DNA of 64,000 nucleotides. Origin: Octopus sinensis (Eukaryota). This document shows positions 26,875-38,230 of the stretch, one piece after another. The stretch lies in contig NC_042997.1 of NCBI RefSeq assembly GCF_006345805.1, forward strand, positions 126,418,001 to 126,482,000. Direction: 5' to 3'. Positions within the stretch are counted from its first letter, which is position 1, and the number at the start of each line of letters is the position of its first letter. The position numbers and the translations under genes were made by a program. A model generated the notes under the pieces. The model saw nothing but the letters and a program-made list of their open reading frames with translations, was not told the origin of the DNA and ran no database searches.

Positions 26875-27160
26875 TCACTATCTTTTCAGCCTTATATTTT
26901 ATGGTCAAAGGGAAAATAACACTAATCCCCACTTTTGCTTTGTACTGGGTTATTTTTCCCCATTTTCTTATTTTTTAACCTTATACCTTTTATATCTATT
27001 TCTTTCCCACCTTTTCTTGCTTTTTCTCTCATCCTATTTTTAGTTTGCTATGCCATGTGGGTAGTACCTGAAGATTGCACTGAGAAACCAGACATGTTAA
27101 AAAATACTGTCTGGTATGCTTTCATCACATGAAACTAATAGTAGCACATAAAAGCATATA
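26875..27160 (+). repeat. Dispersed repeat with hammerhead-like motif, copy 2
   Basis: CTGAAGA (27068-27074)...GAAAC (27131-27135) taata GTA gcac. Confidence 0.75.
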
Positions 27161-27304
27161 TTCTGTTGACTAAATAATATATATATATATATTCTCTCTT
27201 TATTTTCTCTCTTTGTTTCTTTCTGTGTTCCTTTCTGTGGAAGAGCGTAGGCTTGAAACGTTAAAGACTTTTTCACTTCCTGAACATTAAACTAATACAT
27301 CTGT

Positions 27305-27513
27305 TTGGGTGTTAAAACACCTGAAAGTCATGGAAAGTATGATAACTCATCTTTAATCCCATCCAAGAGGGATGGACATTGATGTTTCACCATTTTTGTG
27401 GTTTATCAACATCAACATCAAAAATGGCGTAACACCAACATCCATTGCTCCTGGATGGGATTAGAGGTGACTTATTTTGCCAGTCCATGACTTCCAGGTG
27501 TTTTAACACCCAA
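27305..27513. mobile_element. Foldback MITE-like element
   Basis: ttgggtgttaaaacacctg / caggtgttttaacacccaa perfect ends; about 70-bp imperfect arms. Confidence 0.75.
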
Positions 27514-28453
27514 CATTTTTTTTTAGGGAATATTCCCCTCCATGTGAGACTGGAGCCTACTGGCAAATACACGGAAATTATGATTTAAGTATGTGTGGTC
27601 GGTAATGTTTGTTCTTAAATATAAAGGAAACCACGATCTAATGAAAGATCTCCATGCTGTTTGAAAAAAGTTATCAAATACAACAAATATATATCTATTT
27701 TCCCTCCTTTGGGTCAACCTCAGTCACATAAACAAACCGACAATAATAATAATAAAAATAATGATAATGATGATGATGATGATGATGATGATGATAAATA
27801 CTAATACTACTAATAATACTAACACTACTACTGCTAGTAATAATAAAGCTGCACAGATCTGTTCCATTAAGATCTCTATCATGTCAAATTCCAGAACAAC
27901 ATGCCGTCAGCTTTGCCAATCGTCCAAGCTCTACTTTGGTTTCTTTTAAAGTGTGATGGCAGCAAGTTGCAGAGGGGAAAGATAATTTTCATGATTAAAG
28001 AGAATTAAAACAAGTGTAAGAGAGGATAAGCTGTCAACTATTGGTATTATGTGATAAACTGTTTTAGTTTCGGTTATCTATTGACAGCATCAGTGATGTC
28101 ATTATAAAGAAAAGAAGAAACAAGCTCTTCTTGTTTTTATGTTTTTAATTTTTTACTTTTATGTTTTTATCTCTTAATCTTGTCACAGTTTACGAATTAT
28201 GTTTCATTATCTGGCACCATTTTGCACCAATATTTCACTTCTAACAACAAGATATTTTCCGACACTGGCAACACACATTTCTCGTCTCGTTTTTATTATT
28301 TGTCTTGGAAACTGAAGAAGTCAAGCTTTGTGTTATAATGGAGTGACTTTTTCTCGTTTTGGAAATGAATTTGTCATGTATCATTGTGGTATTCTTGCCA
28401 AGATCTCATGTTGCTTGAACCACCCCTACTGCATGAGCACACACACACACACA

Positions 28454-28497
<44 letters not shown>

Positions 28498-28796
28498 ACA
28501 CACACACAAGCACACATACACATATAAGCACACAAACATTGACATACATGCTTGCATAAACTTAAGCACACCTTAAGACAAACATGCATGCACATTCATT
28601 AATACACACAAACACACTCAGATAGATACATACACATACATCACCATAACTTAATACATGCATACGTCCCCCATAACAAATACACACACACACACATTTT
28701 CTTGCTGTTGTCTTCATTGTCATTTCCATGCCAAGATGAGATCATGTATGTGGTTACTTCCTCCACCTCCTCCCCATCCCTCCTCCTCCTCCTCCT

Positions 28797-29130
28797 CATC
28801 ATCATCATTTAATGTCTGTTTTCTACGTTGGCATGATTTGGACAGTTTGACTGGAGTAGGTAAGCTAAAGGACTGCACCAGGCCCCAAGTTGTCTGTTTT
28901 GTCATGGTTTCTACAGCTGGGTGTGCCCTTCCTAACACCAAGCACTTTACAGAGTGTACCAGGTCCTTTTTTACATCGTGCCACATGAATGCTTTTTATA
29001 TGGCACTGGCATGAGTGTTCTTTACATGGTGCCAGTATGGGTGCTTTTTTATGTGGTACTGGCATAAATGCTTTTTACGTGGTACTGGCATGTGTGCTTT
29101 TTATGTGGTACCAGCATGGGTGCTTTTTAC
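28797..29130 (-). repeat. Family A diverged copy
   Basis: Degenerate core plus tggcac..gcttttt subrepeats. Confidence 0.7.
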
Positions 29131-29464
29131 TTACTAAAAATAACAGTCAAATCTCTCACAAATATCCAATTATCTCAAAAAAAATGAAACACTGTGTGTA
29201 ATGTAGTGCTAAGTCTGAAAGATATATGGTCATGGTTGGAACCTCTTTAACCCTAGGTCTGCTCAATCAAGGTCAGCCTGGAGGTGAACAATAGTATCAA
29301 CCACAAACTACCAGTTGTGATAATTTTCCTATTCTTTAGGTTCCATCGAGGGCTTTGTATTGGAACATGATAATATTTTGGCCAATACTTTTGAACAAAG
29401 AGCGTTTCAATTATCTCCTGACAAAACAGAATTCTTCAGCCTTTCTTTCTATATGTAATTGTCA

Positions 29465-29700
29465 TCATGTATCAGACACCTGCAGCACATTGATGGCACT
29501 ATAATGAAGGTCTTTCTGATTAAGCACGAGTTCTTCATCTGCCTTGCTACTTTTGTCTAACCAACTCAGGATATTGTCCATCCTTTGCATTATATGCCTG
29601 TCTCTTGATCTACTATCCTCTATTCTTCCTTCCATGATAATACTTTCCAGACCTCTGCTTCTTTGAATATGGCCATATCCCATCCCTGAGAAAGGCAATT
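29465..29700 (-). mobile_element. RTE LINE C-terminal fragment
   Basis: YGHIQRSRGLESIIMEGRIEDSRSRDRHIMQRMDNI, matching RTE GHIxR..LE..IMEGKIEGxRxRGR..W.D.I. Confidence 0.75.
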
Positions 29701-30662
29701 TCTCTAGTCATAACCTGCTCTAATCAATGTCTGCCCTATTGCTCCCACATCATCAGACATCTGTGAAGAAATGGAAATTATTGTAAGTGATAACCTTCAA
29801 TACTATATGGAATTTCTCTCTCTCCCTCTCTCTCTCCCTCTCTCTCTCTCTTCTGTCTCAGTCAACATCAGAATGGCTTCTGCAAAGCCACATTCACTGG
29901 AAAGTTTTTCCTGTAGAAGATAGACATTAATAAATAGTTGTTCGCAACTGAAGCAGCATTAATGCCAAAAGACAATATTTACCCCATTTAATAGGTGGGG
30001 GTGGTGGTGCTCCGAAAGGAGTCTCAGAGAGTAGTGTCCCTGCCTTCCCGAGCTAGTTTTCCACTACATTTCTTAAAAATCGTGGTAGAGGCCTTGGTCT
30101 TGGGACCACTCATGTTAAGAAACTGAGGTTGGGGGTAAGCAAGGGCATTCCCCACCATAGTAAATCCAGCTCCACAAAGGCCTCATGATAGCAAGGGAGA
30201 ATGAGCACCAGCCAGCCTGCCCAAAGGTTAAGGTGGGATGCTCCTGCCTGCCTCAGCTGCTATGGCATTGAGGTAGATCTGGCCACCCCTGTTAATGGGG
30301 ACAAAACATGGATTTAAAACACTGGATGATGATGATGATGAGGATGATGATGATTTAAATGTGGATATGTTAACACACAGAACACTGTGGTAGTTACCAT
30401 GAGAGAAACACTCATTTTGGCTTTTGGTGCATGGCAACAGTGGGCGATTTATCACCCCACTAGTGATATAAACAAGAGTGCTTATATGCACCAAAAGCCA
30501 ATATGAGAGTGTCCTTCATAATAAATACTGCAGTGCTCTGTGGTCTGACACAACATCCACCTTTAAGTGAGAATAGGTACTACCTACAGGACATCAGTGT
30601 TTAGCTTTTAATAGCCTTAAACAAAATCAAGTTATTATCATGTTCCTTATCTTAATTAAGCA

Positions 30663-31045
30663 GATAGGCACAGTAGTGGCTGTGTGGTAAGTAGCTTGCT
30701 TGCCAGCCACATGGTTCCAGGTTCAGTCCCACTGTGTGGCACCTTAGGCAAGTGTCTTCTACTATAGCCTCGGGCCGACCAAAGCCTTGTGAGTGGATTT
30801 GGTAGACTGAAAATGAAAAAGTCCATCGTATATATGTATGTGTGTGTGTATGTTTGTGCGTCTGTGTTTGTCCCCACCAACATCGCTTGACAACCGATGC
30901 TGGTGTGTTTACATCCCCGTAACTTAGCAGTTCGGCAAAAGAGAATTACAAAGAATAAGTCCTGGGGTTGATTTGCTTGACTAAAGGCGGTACTCCAGCA
31001 TGGCCGCAGTCAGATGACTGAAACAAGTAAAAGAGTAAAAGAGTA
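30663..31045 (+). repeat. Family B SINE, full length
   Basis: Same consensus. Confidence 0.9.
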
Positions 31046-32113
31046 ATCAAAAGTATTCCAGCCATGACAGCCCCATCTTTTATTTAGACATTGTTTATTC
31101 AATGTTGTATTAACTAGTCTGGCTTTTATTTTCTAAGGTGATATGGTCTCATTTGAGGAAAATTGGTTTCTATTTCTTGCAGGATGATTGACCATGGAAG
31201 GGCCTCACCTCTTTGTTGGCTCATGCTAAACAAGTCTTTTGTCATTGATGTAACCAAAGTCTTTGACATGTTTGGCAATGTAATCTGATAAATTTGTCCA
31301 TATATAGAATCTATCTGTCACTAAATGATTATATTAATACAGAAAACATTTTACAACACCAAGTCTATCTTGCATTAGATAACTATCAATATATCTAAGA
31401 TGATGTGTTTATAAAACACAACTACACACAGCTGCACACAAACACAGCCGCACACACAGTCACATGCACACACCCAGACACAAACACGCACACAACCACA
31501 CACACACAGGTATAAATGTTCAAACGTTCTAAATCATATCCATATCTTTCTGATAAGTAAAGTCTTCACACACCAATGATCAACAATCATTGGTTATGGT
31601 TACTAACACTTTGCAGTCATTAATTCCTGCTACGTCTTTTCTACTACTACTACTACTACGACTACTACTGCAGCTGCAGCTGCTGCTGGTGCCACCACCG
31701 CTGCCACTACCACCACCACCGCCGCCACCATCAATACGACCACGACCACCACCACCGCCGCCACCGCCACCACCACCACCGCCGCCACCGCCACCACCAC
31801 CACCACTACCATTACTTACTACTACTACTACTACTATACAGGTTCTGCTTTGATGAACTCACTGACAAGTTTGCCCTTCTATCTAAACCATACCATGTGA
31901 CAATCTTTTCATGCCCATCCCATCATACCATTTACTTTTTCATAGTTGTATTTTGTATTTTACTGGAATTTTTTTGTCTGCCCAAGCTTTGGCTAATGTT
32001 TCTTCTTAGATGAACATAAATAAATTCATTCAAAACGACTGACTTCTAACAATTTGTCACAACATCATGTTGTAGCCACCCTTAAATGTCACCTATTTGT
32101 TTTCTGTCCACAG

Positions 32114-32230
32114 AGAGGTCACAAATATTCTGACAGAAGAGTTACATGTAAATGTCTACCAACAGACCAGTAGTTCAAATCTTGAAGTTTTTGCTAAACA
32201 GCCTTTGGAAAAAAGCTTGAATTTTAAGAG
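32114..32230 (+). CDS. Host gene exon B: C2 domain middle
   Basis: ttttctgtccacAG...AG/GTTTGT; 117 nt, phase 2 to 2; EVTNILTEELHVNVYQQTSSSNLEVFAKQPLEKSLNFK continues WNEKFEL into the typical C2 pattern FEFEV....LHVxVxD. Confidence 0.85.
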
Positions 32231-32280
32231 GTTTGTTTGTTTAATAGTTTTTATCTGATTAATTAAATAATTTTATTAAT

Positions 32281-33299
32281 TATCAGGTCATTATGAATGA
32301 AATGTCTGATTTTCTTATGCATCAAGTTTAACAGTTGTTAACTCTAATGTTTTATCCTGACAATTCTTTGTTTTACAACGTTGAAGAATTACATCATCAC
32401 TTTTCGAAATGCAATTCATGGTGTCTGATTATATTGTGAGTTTTCTTTTGTAAATCAATTTTTGTGAACCCATGGATAAATAAAAAGTTCACATTGTTTA
32501 TAAATATGAATTCCATCATGGAACCAATGCATCCCAGACAGCTTGAAACATCAATGAGGTGTTTGGTGAAGATGTGGAAAATGAGCACACTGTACATCGA
32601 TGGTTTGGGAAGTTCCGATCTGGTGACTTTGGTCTTGAAAATCAGGCCTGTAGTAGACCTGAGACCAAGATGGATAATGATGAGCTGGAAACTGTAGTGG
32701 AAGTGGATACAAACTATGCATTAGTTAGCAATAGGGTTTGATGTTTCGATTCCAACTGTATTTGACCTTCTGAAACAAATCAGCAAGGTAAAGAAGCTGG
32801 ACAAGTGGGTACCACATGAACTGAATGAACATCAAATAACACGTCATCTTGAAACTTGCTGTTCAATAGAGACAAACCAATTCTCTTGCAAGGCAATGCT
32901 CGACAACATGTTATACAAAGAATGCTACTCAAGTTACAGGAACTGAACTTGGAAGAACTCTGCCATTCACCATATTCACCAGACCTTGCACCAACTGACT
33001 AGTACATTTTCCAGGCTTTAGACAACTTTTTGCAAGGAAAAAAATTCAAATCTGAAGAAGATGCCAAGATAGCCTTTTGTGATTTCCTCACCTCTTGCTC
33101 TCCAGAATTCTTCACTGCCAACATAAATAAGCTACCAATAAAATGGCAAAATTGTGTTGATAACTTAGGTGCATATTTTGATTAACTGCATTGCTTTTTC
33201 TTGAGAGTAAAATAAACTTTCAGTTCAAAAGCTTTTTCTTGAAAGTAAAATCGAATATTTCAGTTCAAAATCAAACATTTCATTCTTAATGACCTGATA
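32281..33299 (+). mobile_element. Mariner fossil 2 with both TIRs, internally deleted
   Basis: TIRs tatcaggtcattatgaatgaaatgt (32281-32305) and acatttcattcttaatgacctgata (33275-33299); YEFHHGTNA..HRWFGKFRSGDF, WVPHEL, HSPYSPDLAPTD. Confidence 0.93.
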
Positions 33300-34029
33300 G
33301 TTAATTAAAGTTGCTTCACTATTTAATGCAGTGTTTTAGTAGAGCTAATCTTTTAGGTAGTAAAAACTTATACTGGTGATTGGTTTAATGCAACCATCTG
33401 ATCTTTAGGTACTTTTAGTGGAGTTCATAATGTTTGCAAGAACTTAGACCAAGTTTTGAGTTTGAGAATAATATTTTTTTCTCTTTCTCAAATGAGTCAT
33501 AGATATCACCAAAAAAGAAGAAAAAAGAAGCAAAAATAAAAACACAAATAAAGGTTAGAATAAAGGTTACAATTCTATATTTCTTAGATGAGGAATTTAT
33601 ATAATGTATTCTGTTTATATTAGACTGATTTACTCTTTGTGATTGCTGATTTTACTACATTTCAGCTTTTGTACGTTCTAGCCTTCTTCAGGTGTCTTGT
33701 GTTGAATTCGATTGTTGTATCAGAGCATAGTAGATAAAGATGTTAGTTAATGCAGTTCAGTCACCTAGAGGTTTTGAGTTCAATCCTATGCAACACACTA
33801 AGGTAATTCACACAAAATCAACTGAAGGAAAAAAAAAGTCATGAAATAGAGAGCATAATGAAAACAGTATACATCTGTGGATCAATTAAAGGTTTAGGTT
33901 TGAAATTCTGATAGGAAAGCTGAGTTCAACATTAGACACCTGAAGAAAGTTGGGGCATACAACAGTTGAAACGGAGTGAAAGCAACAACCAAGATGACGA
34001 CACCAGCCTGACTAATATAAGCAGTATAC

Positions 34030-34361
34030 ATAAAGGGTCAATAGTACATTATTTACATTATTTACATTTGATGGATATTTGTCCACATTTTGTTTGTTGT
34101 TAACACAACATTTCGGCTGATATACCCTCCAGCCTTCATCAGGTGTCTTGGGGAAATTTTGAACTTGGGTTCTCATTCCTAAGGTATTTTTCGATGTTAT
34201 TATTATTATTATTCAGGTCACCACCTGGAATTGAACTCGGAATCTTGGGGTTAGTAGCCTGAGCTCTTAACCACTACGCTATATGCCTGTGGGCATATGG
34301 CACAGTGGTTAAGAGCGTGGGCTACTAACTCCAAGATTCTGAGTTCGATTCCAGGCAGTGA

Positions 34362-34424
<63 letters not shown>

Positions 34425-34640
34425 CAACAACAACAACAATAACAATAATAATAAACACACGCACCAATGGTTATGAAGCTCAGGGCTAAAAGCGGAGGGT
34501 GACGGTTTCATATTAGCTGCTCAAGACCAGCTAAGATGAAACTTGTTAACAACAAACAAGATGAGGACAAATATCCATCAATTGTAAATAATGTAAATAA
34601 TGTACATAATTCCTCATCTCTTAAATATAGAACTGTATTA
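34030..34640. mobile_element. Family F head-to-head palindromic SINE pair (tRNA-like heads, (AAT)n, hammerhead-bearing tail on the left arm)
   Basis: Inverted ~79-bp tRNA-like arms 34209-34370 around a tgtg centre; both outer ends share gttaacaacaaacaagatgaggacaaatatccatcaa..tgtaaataatgtaaataatgtac. Confidence 0.85.
34102..34147 (-). ncRNA. Minimal type I hammerhead ribozyme motif (Penelope-type)
   Basis: GACAC-CUGAUGA-A-GGCUG(gaggguauau)CAGCC-GAAA-UGUU-GUGUU: stem I GACAC/GUGUU, stem II GGCUG/CAGCC, near-palindromic stem III. Confidence 0.7.
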
Positions 34641-34951
34641 GGGTCAATAGTCTTATCCTTTCTTCTGACTAAATGATTACAAAAAAAAAAAACCAAAACA
34701 AATACCTAACCCTCTCTCAAATCACATGTCATGTGTCACAACTGTATAATCTTGTCATCTTTCAAATCATAAGCTTATCATTAGATAATACTCCTAACAG
34801 CTTTTTGTAGAATTTAGCAGATGAGAGACAGCCTTCTCCTGATGAACTGAACTCAACTAAACATGCTAATGAAATATTTGTTCACTCTTTTGATACTGGA
34901 TGGCCTGAAACTATCCTTGATCTCTTGGTCATGTGATATAAACTTCCTGTT

Positions 34952-35433
34952 TTAACCCTTTCGTTACTGTATTTATTTTGAGATGCTCTTGTTTCTTTCA
35001 ATTAATTTTAAATATAACAAAGAATTTAGTAAAATAACTTAGTTATCAGTAAGCTAGTATTAGGAACATAATTATGACTAAGGTTTGGTGGAAGATTTTA
35101 ATTCAAAACTTATGAAAACAAAACATGTGTACTACAGAGCCAGAAGTGGTTTCAGCCAGGTTGGCATCAAAAGGGTTAAAAATTGTTTCTCTATTATATA
35201 TTTGAACTCTTTTATTACCATATTTCTTTTGAGATGCTCTATGTTTCTTTCAATTAATTTTAAATATAACAAAAAATTTAGTAAAATAACTTAGCTATCA
35301 CTAAGCTAGTGTTAGGAACATAAATTGTGACTAAGGTTTGGTGGAAGATTTTAATTCAAAACTTATGAAAAACAGAACATTTGTACTACAGAGCCAGAGG
35401 CTGTTTCAGCCAGGTTGGTAACGAAAGGGTTCA
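34952..35433. mobile_element. Two tandem piggyBac-like MITEs (about 220 bp each)
   Basis: TTAA-ccctttcgttac ... catcaaaaggg-TTAA (34952-35179); second copy 35202-35433 ends gtaacgaaaggg. Confidence 0.78.
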
Positions 35434-35626
35434 AGTGATTGAAGTTAAAACTTTAATTTTCTATTATTGTGTCTCATTGTATAGTGTTTGCAGTGTGTTG
35501 TGTTGTATGTTGTGGTTATATTCTGTGCTCTATGTGTATGAGTTAGGTTTTGCAGCAACACTTTTTTCTGCAAAATAGGGGTAGCTTATCCTATTCAGGC
35601 TATATTATTAGCATTATGCTGTGTTT

Positions 35627-35882
35627 GGTGGAGGCACGTGGCTTAGTGGTGAGGGTGTCAGCATCATGATTGTAAGATTGTGGTTTCGATTCCTGGACTG
35701 GGTGCCGCATTGTGTTCTTGAGCAAAACACTTCATTTCATGTTGCTCCAGTCCACTCAGCTGGCAAAAATGGGTAACGCTGCGATGGACTGGCGTCCCGT
35801 TCAGCTGGGGAACACATGCGCCATTGAAATCAGAAACTGGGCTCATGAGCCTGGCTAGGCTTTAAAAGGGTGCATTTATTTT
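35627..35882 (+). repeat. Family D tRNA-derived SINE
   Basis: gtggcttagtggt (A box), ggtttcgattcc (B box), cttgagcaaaacacttcattt core; related copies at 44997-45290 and 57862-58080. Confidence 0.8.
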
Positions 35883-36038
35883 TACTATACTGCGTTTGAG
35901 AATTTAAAATCACTTCTTTAACTTTCTAAGACATCTCAACGCTTCTAAAGCAAACTTTGTTTGTTTGTTTACGTTCATCGTAATTTGAATTTAAATTATT
36001 AATATTGAGTAACACAGTCAAACGCCTTCTATTTGCAG

Positions 36039-36114
36039 TATATTCAGTTTGTCTCGCCAGAATGACTCAGGGAAAGGACTCGAAAATTTAGGGGCAGCCA
36101 TTATACCATTAAAG
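36039..36114 (+). CDS. Host gene exon C: C2 domain
   Basis: ttctatttgcAG...AAG/GTAAGT; 76 nt, phase 2 to 0; SIFSLSRQNDSGKGLENLGAAIIPLK (equivalent of DDFLGxxxIPL). Confidence 0.88.
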
Positions 36115-36787
36115 GTAAGTGTTACTGAAGTGGTGAAAGGACATTTGAAATTTTTCTTGTATTTCTTCCACCACCACCACGACTGCCACCATCACTGCCA
36201 CTGCCACTGCTGCTGCCACCACTGCCGCTGCCATCACCACCACCACCACTGTGATGATAACGACAATGACAGTGATGTCCATCACCACTGAATTAATTTG
36301 ACAGGAGTTTTCTGCATATGGAATAGACTTCCATAGGCTACACTTGGCATCTCTTTGGAAGACAACACAGAAGCCAAGGGAACAAGCTCTTCTTGCTACT
36401 CCCACCTTCAACAATACAATGAACAACATTTTACTATTTTCCTTCAAGCAGTTCACTGATAGGACATTAAGACAAGGCATCTGCTTGTTCTAGTTTCTAT
36501 GGTAGGGTTTTCCATAGCAATAAGTAATTTAGAAAGGACATCTAACTGTTCTAGTTTCCATGGTAATAAATATTTAGGACAGTATTTCTGTCACAGTTTC
36601 TATGATAACAAGTCACCAAGACAGAGCATCAGACAGTCATATCTCCCATGGCAATAAGTAGTTCAAGCAGCCGTTTATCTCAGTAAGGTTTATCATTGCA
36701 AACTGATGCTCAGGTAGACTACAGTTCTCCAGAAAAGGGTAAAATTCTGGACAAAAAGCAGCAACAAGTCAAGGGAAGACAGACAGT

Positions 36788-37230
36788 AATCATCGTCATC
36801 ATCATCATCATCATTTAACGTCCGCTTTCCATGCTAGCATGGGTTGGACGATTTGACTGAGGGTTGGCAAACCAGATGGCTGCACCAGGCTCCAATCTGA
36901 TCTGGCAGAGTTTATACAGCTGGATGCCTTTCCTAACACCAACCACTCCGAGAGTGTAGTGGGTCTTTTATGTGTCCCTGACACGAGGACCAGTCAGGCG
37001 GTACTGGCAACGGCCATGCTCAAATGGTGTTTTTTAAGTACCACTTGCACAGGAGCCAGTCCAGCGGCACTGGCAACGACCTTGCTTGAATGTTTTTTCA
37101 TGTGCCACCAGCACAAGTGCCAGTAAGGGGACGCTGGTAACGATCATGCTCGAATGGTGCCAGTTAGCTGCTCTGGCAACGATTATGTTCGGATGGTGCT
37201 TTTAGCTCTCCACTAGCATCGATGCCAATC
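36788..37230 (-). repeat. Family A copy
   Basis: Same core with several subrepeats. Confidence 0.9.
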
Positions 37231-37652
37231 ATCAAAGCCAAAAATGCAAGCACAGAACATGGAATAAAACACAAGACAGAAAAGTGAGCAGTAAATGAGT
37301 CATAAACAAGAAAGGGTGTGTAGGAAGTACATCACAAATAGTGTTGGAAAATTTTTGGAAACATGGTATTTTTGGAGGATGTATGTCCTGATAGCTAAAG
37401 GCCAATATGGGTTATATATTCCATACTTTGACAATTCAGAGCATGAAAAAATGTTTCCAAAAGTCATGGGTACTGTGCTATTTTTTTAATCTTTTATAAC
37501 CTCAAACAGCATCCCTTCTGCAAATGGTAGTGCATATATCCTCACTCCTCATGTAGAGTGAATATAGTTGTGTCTTGCGTCTTTCATTAGTAACTGTTAA
37601 CATTTTGAAGTTGCTTAATGAAACAGATTGATTAAACCTTGTATAGTAGTTG

Positions 37653-38174
37653 CAAGGGGGTACCCAAAAGAAACTGGAAGTTTGCAATATTATTTTATTC
37701 ACTTAGTTTAACATGTTTGCGCTTTTTTATCGCCTTCAAAGTATTCTCCATTTAAAGCAAGGCATTGGTCCAGATGTGTTTTCCACTGTTTGAAGCAATG
37801 TTGGAACTTGTGCAAAGTTTTTCTTCACCTCTTCCACATCTGCAAATTCTATAGCACAACCTTTCATCACCAGTGATGACCTTTGAATAAAGGTCCGGAT
37901 CAACTTCCAACTGTTCTTCCAGTTCACGACACACATTCAGTCATGACTGCTTTTGATCTTCTGTGAGCAAGCAAAGCATAAATTTTGCTGCAACTCTTTT
38001 CATTCACAGTTCCTCACTCAAAATTCGTTGGCAGGAGCTCCAGGACGTACCAGTCATATCAACAAGTTCGTCAATTGTTCAGTGCTGGGTTGCAAGTGGG
38101 TTCTAGTTGTGGAAGCCTGAACTACAACAGGCTTGTCGTCCCACAGAGAACGTTTCTGGTTACTTTTGGACACC

Positions 38175-38178
<4 letters not shown>
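37653..38178 (-). mobile_element. Short internally deleted mariner-like element 3
   Basis: CRELEEQLEVDPDLYSKVITGDE motif; degenerate TIRs ggggtacccaaaagaaactggaa / tttctggttacttttggacacccc. Confidence 0.75.

Positions 38179-38230
<52 letters not shown>

Noticed and set aside
29757-29783. Micro-exon candidate ag-ACATCTGTGAAGAAATGGAAATTATT-gtaagt
   Set aside because: Phase 1 to 0 is incompatible with the phase 2 to 2 intron, and there is no gap in the C2 alignment.
34209-34370. Functional tRNA genes
   Set aside because: No acceptor stem or terminator; the heads are fused to microsatellite and SINE tail. The same applies to all SINE heads in the window.
34811-34927. Open frame NLADERQPSPDELNSTKHANEIFVHSFDTGWPETILDLL after ttttgtAG as a host exon
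   Set aside because: It is phase 0, but intron 2 needs phase 2; nearby AGs give immediate stops; exons B and C already join sensibly.
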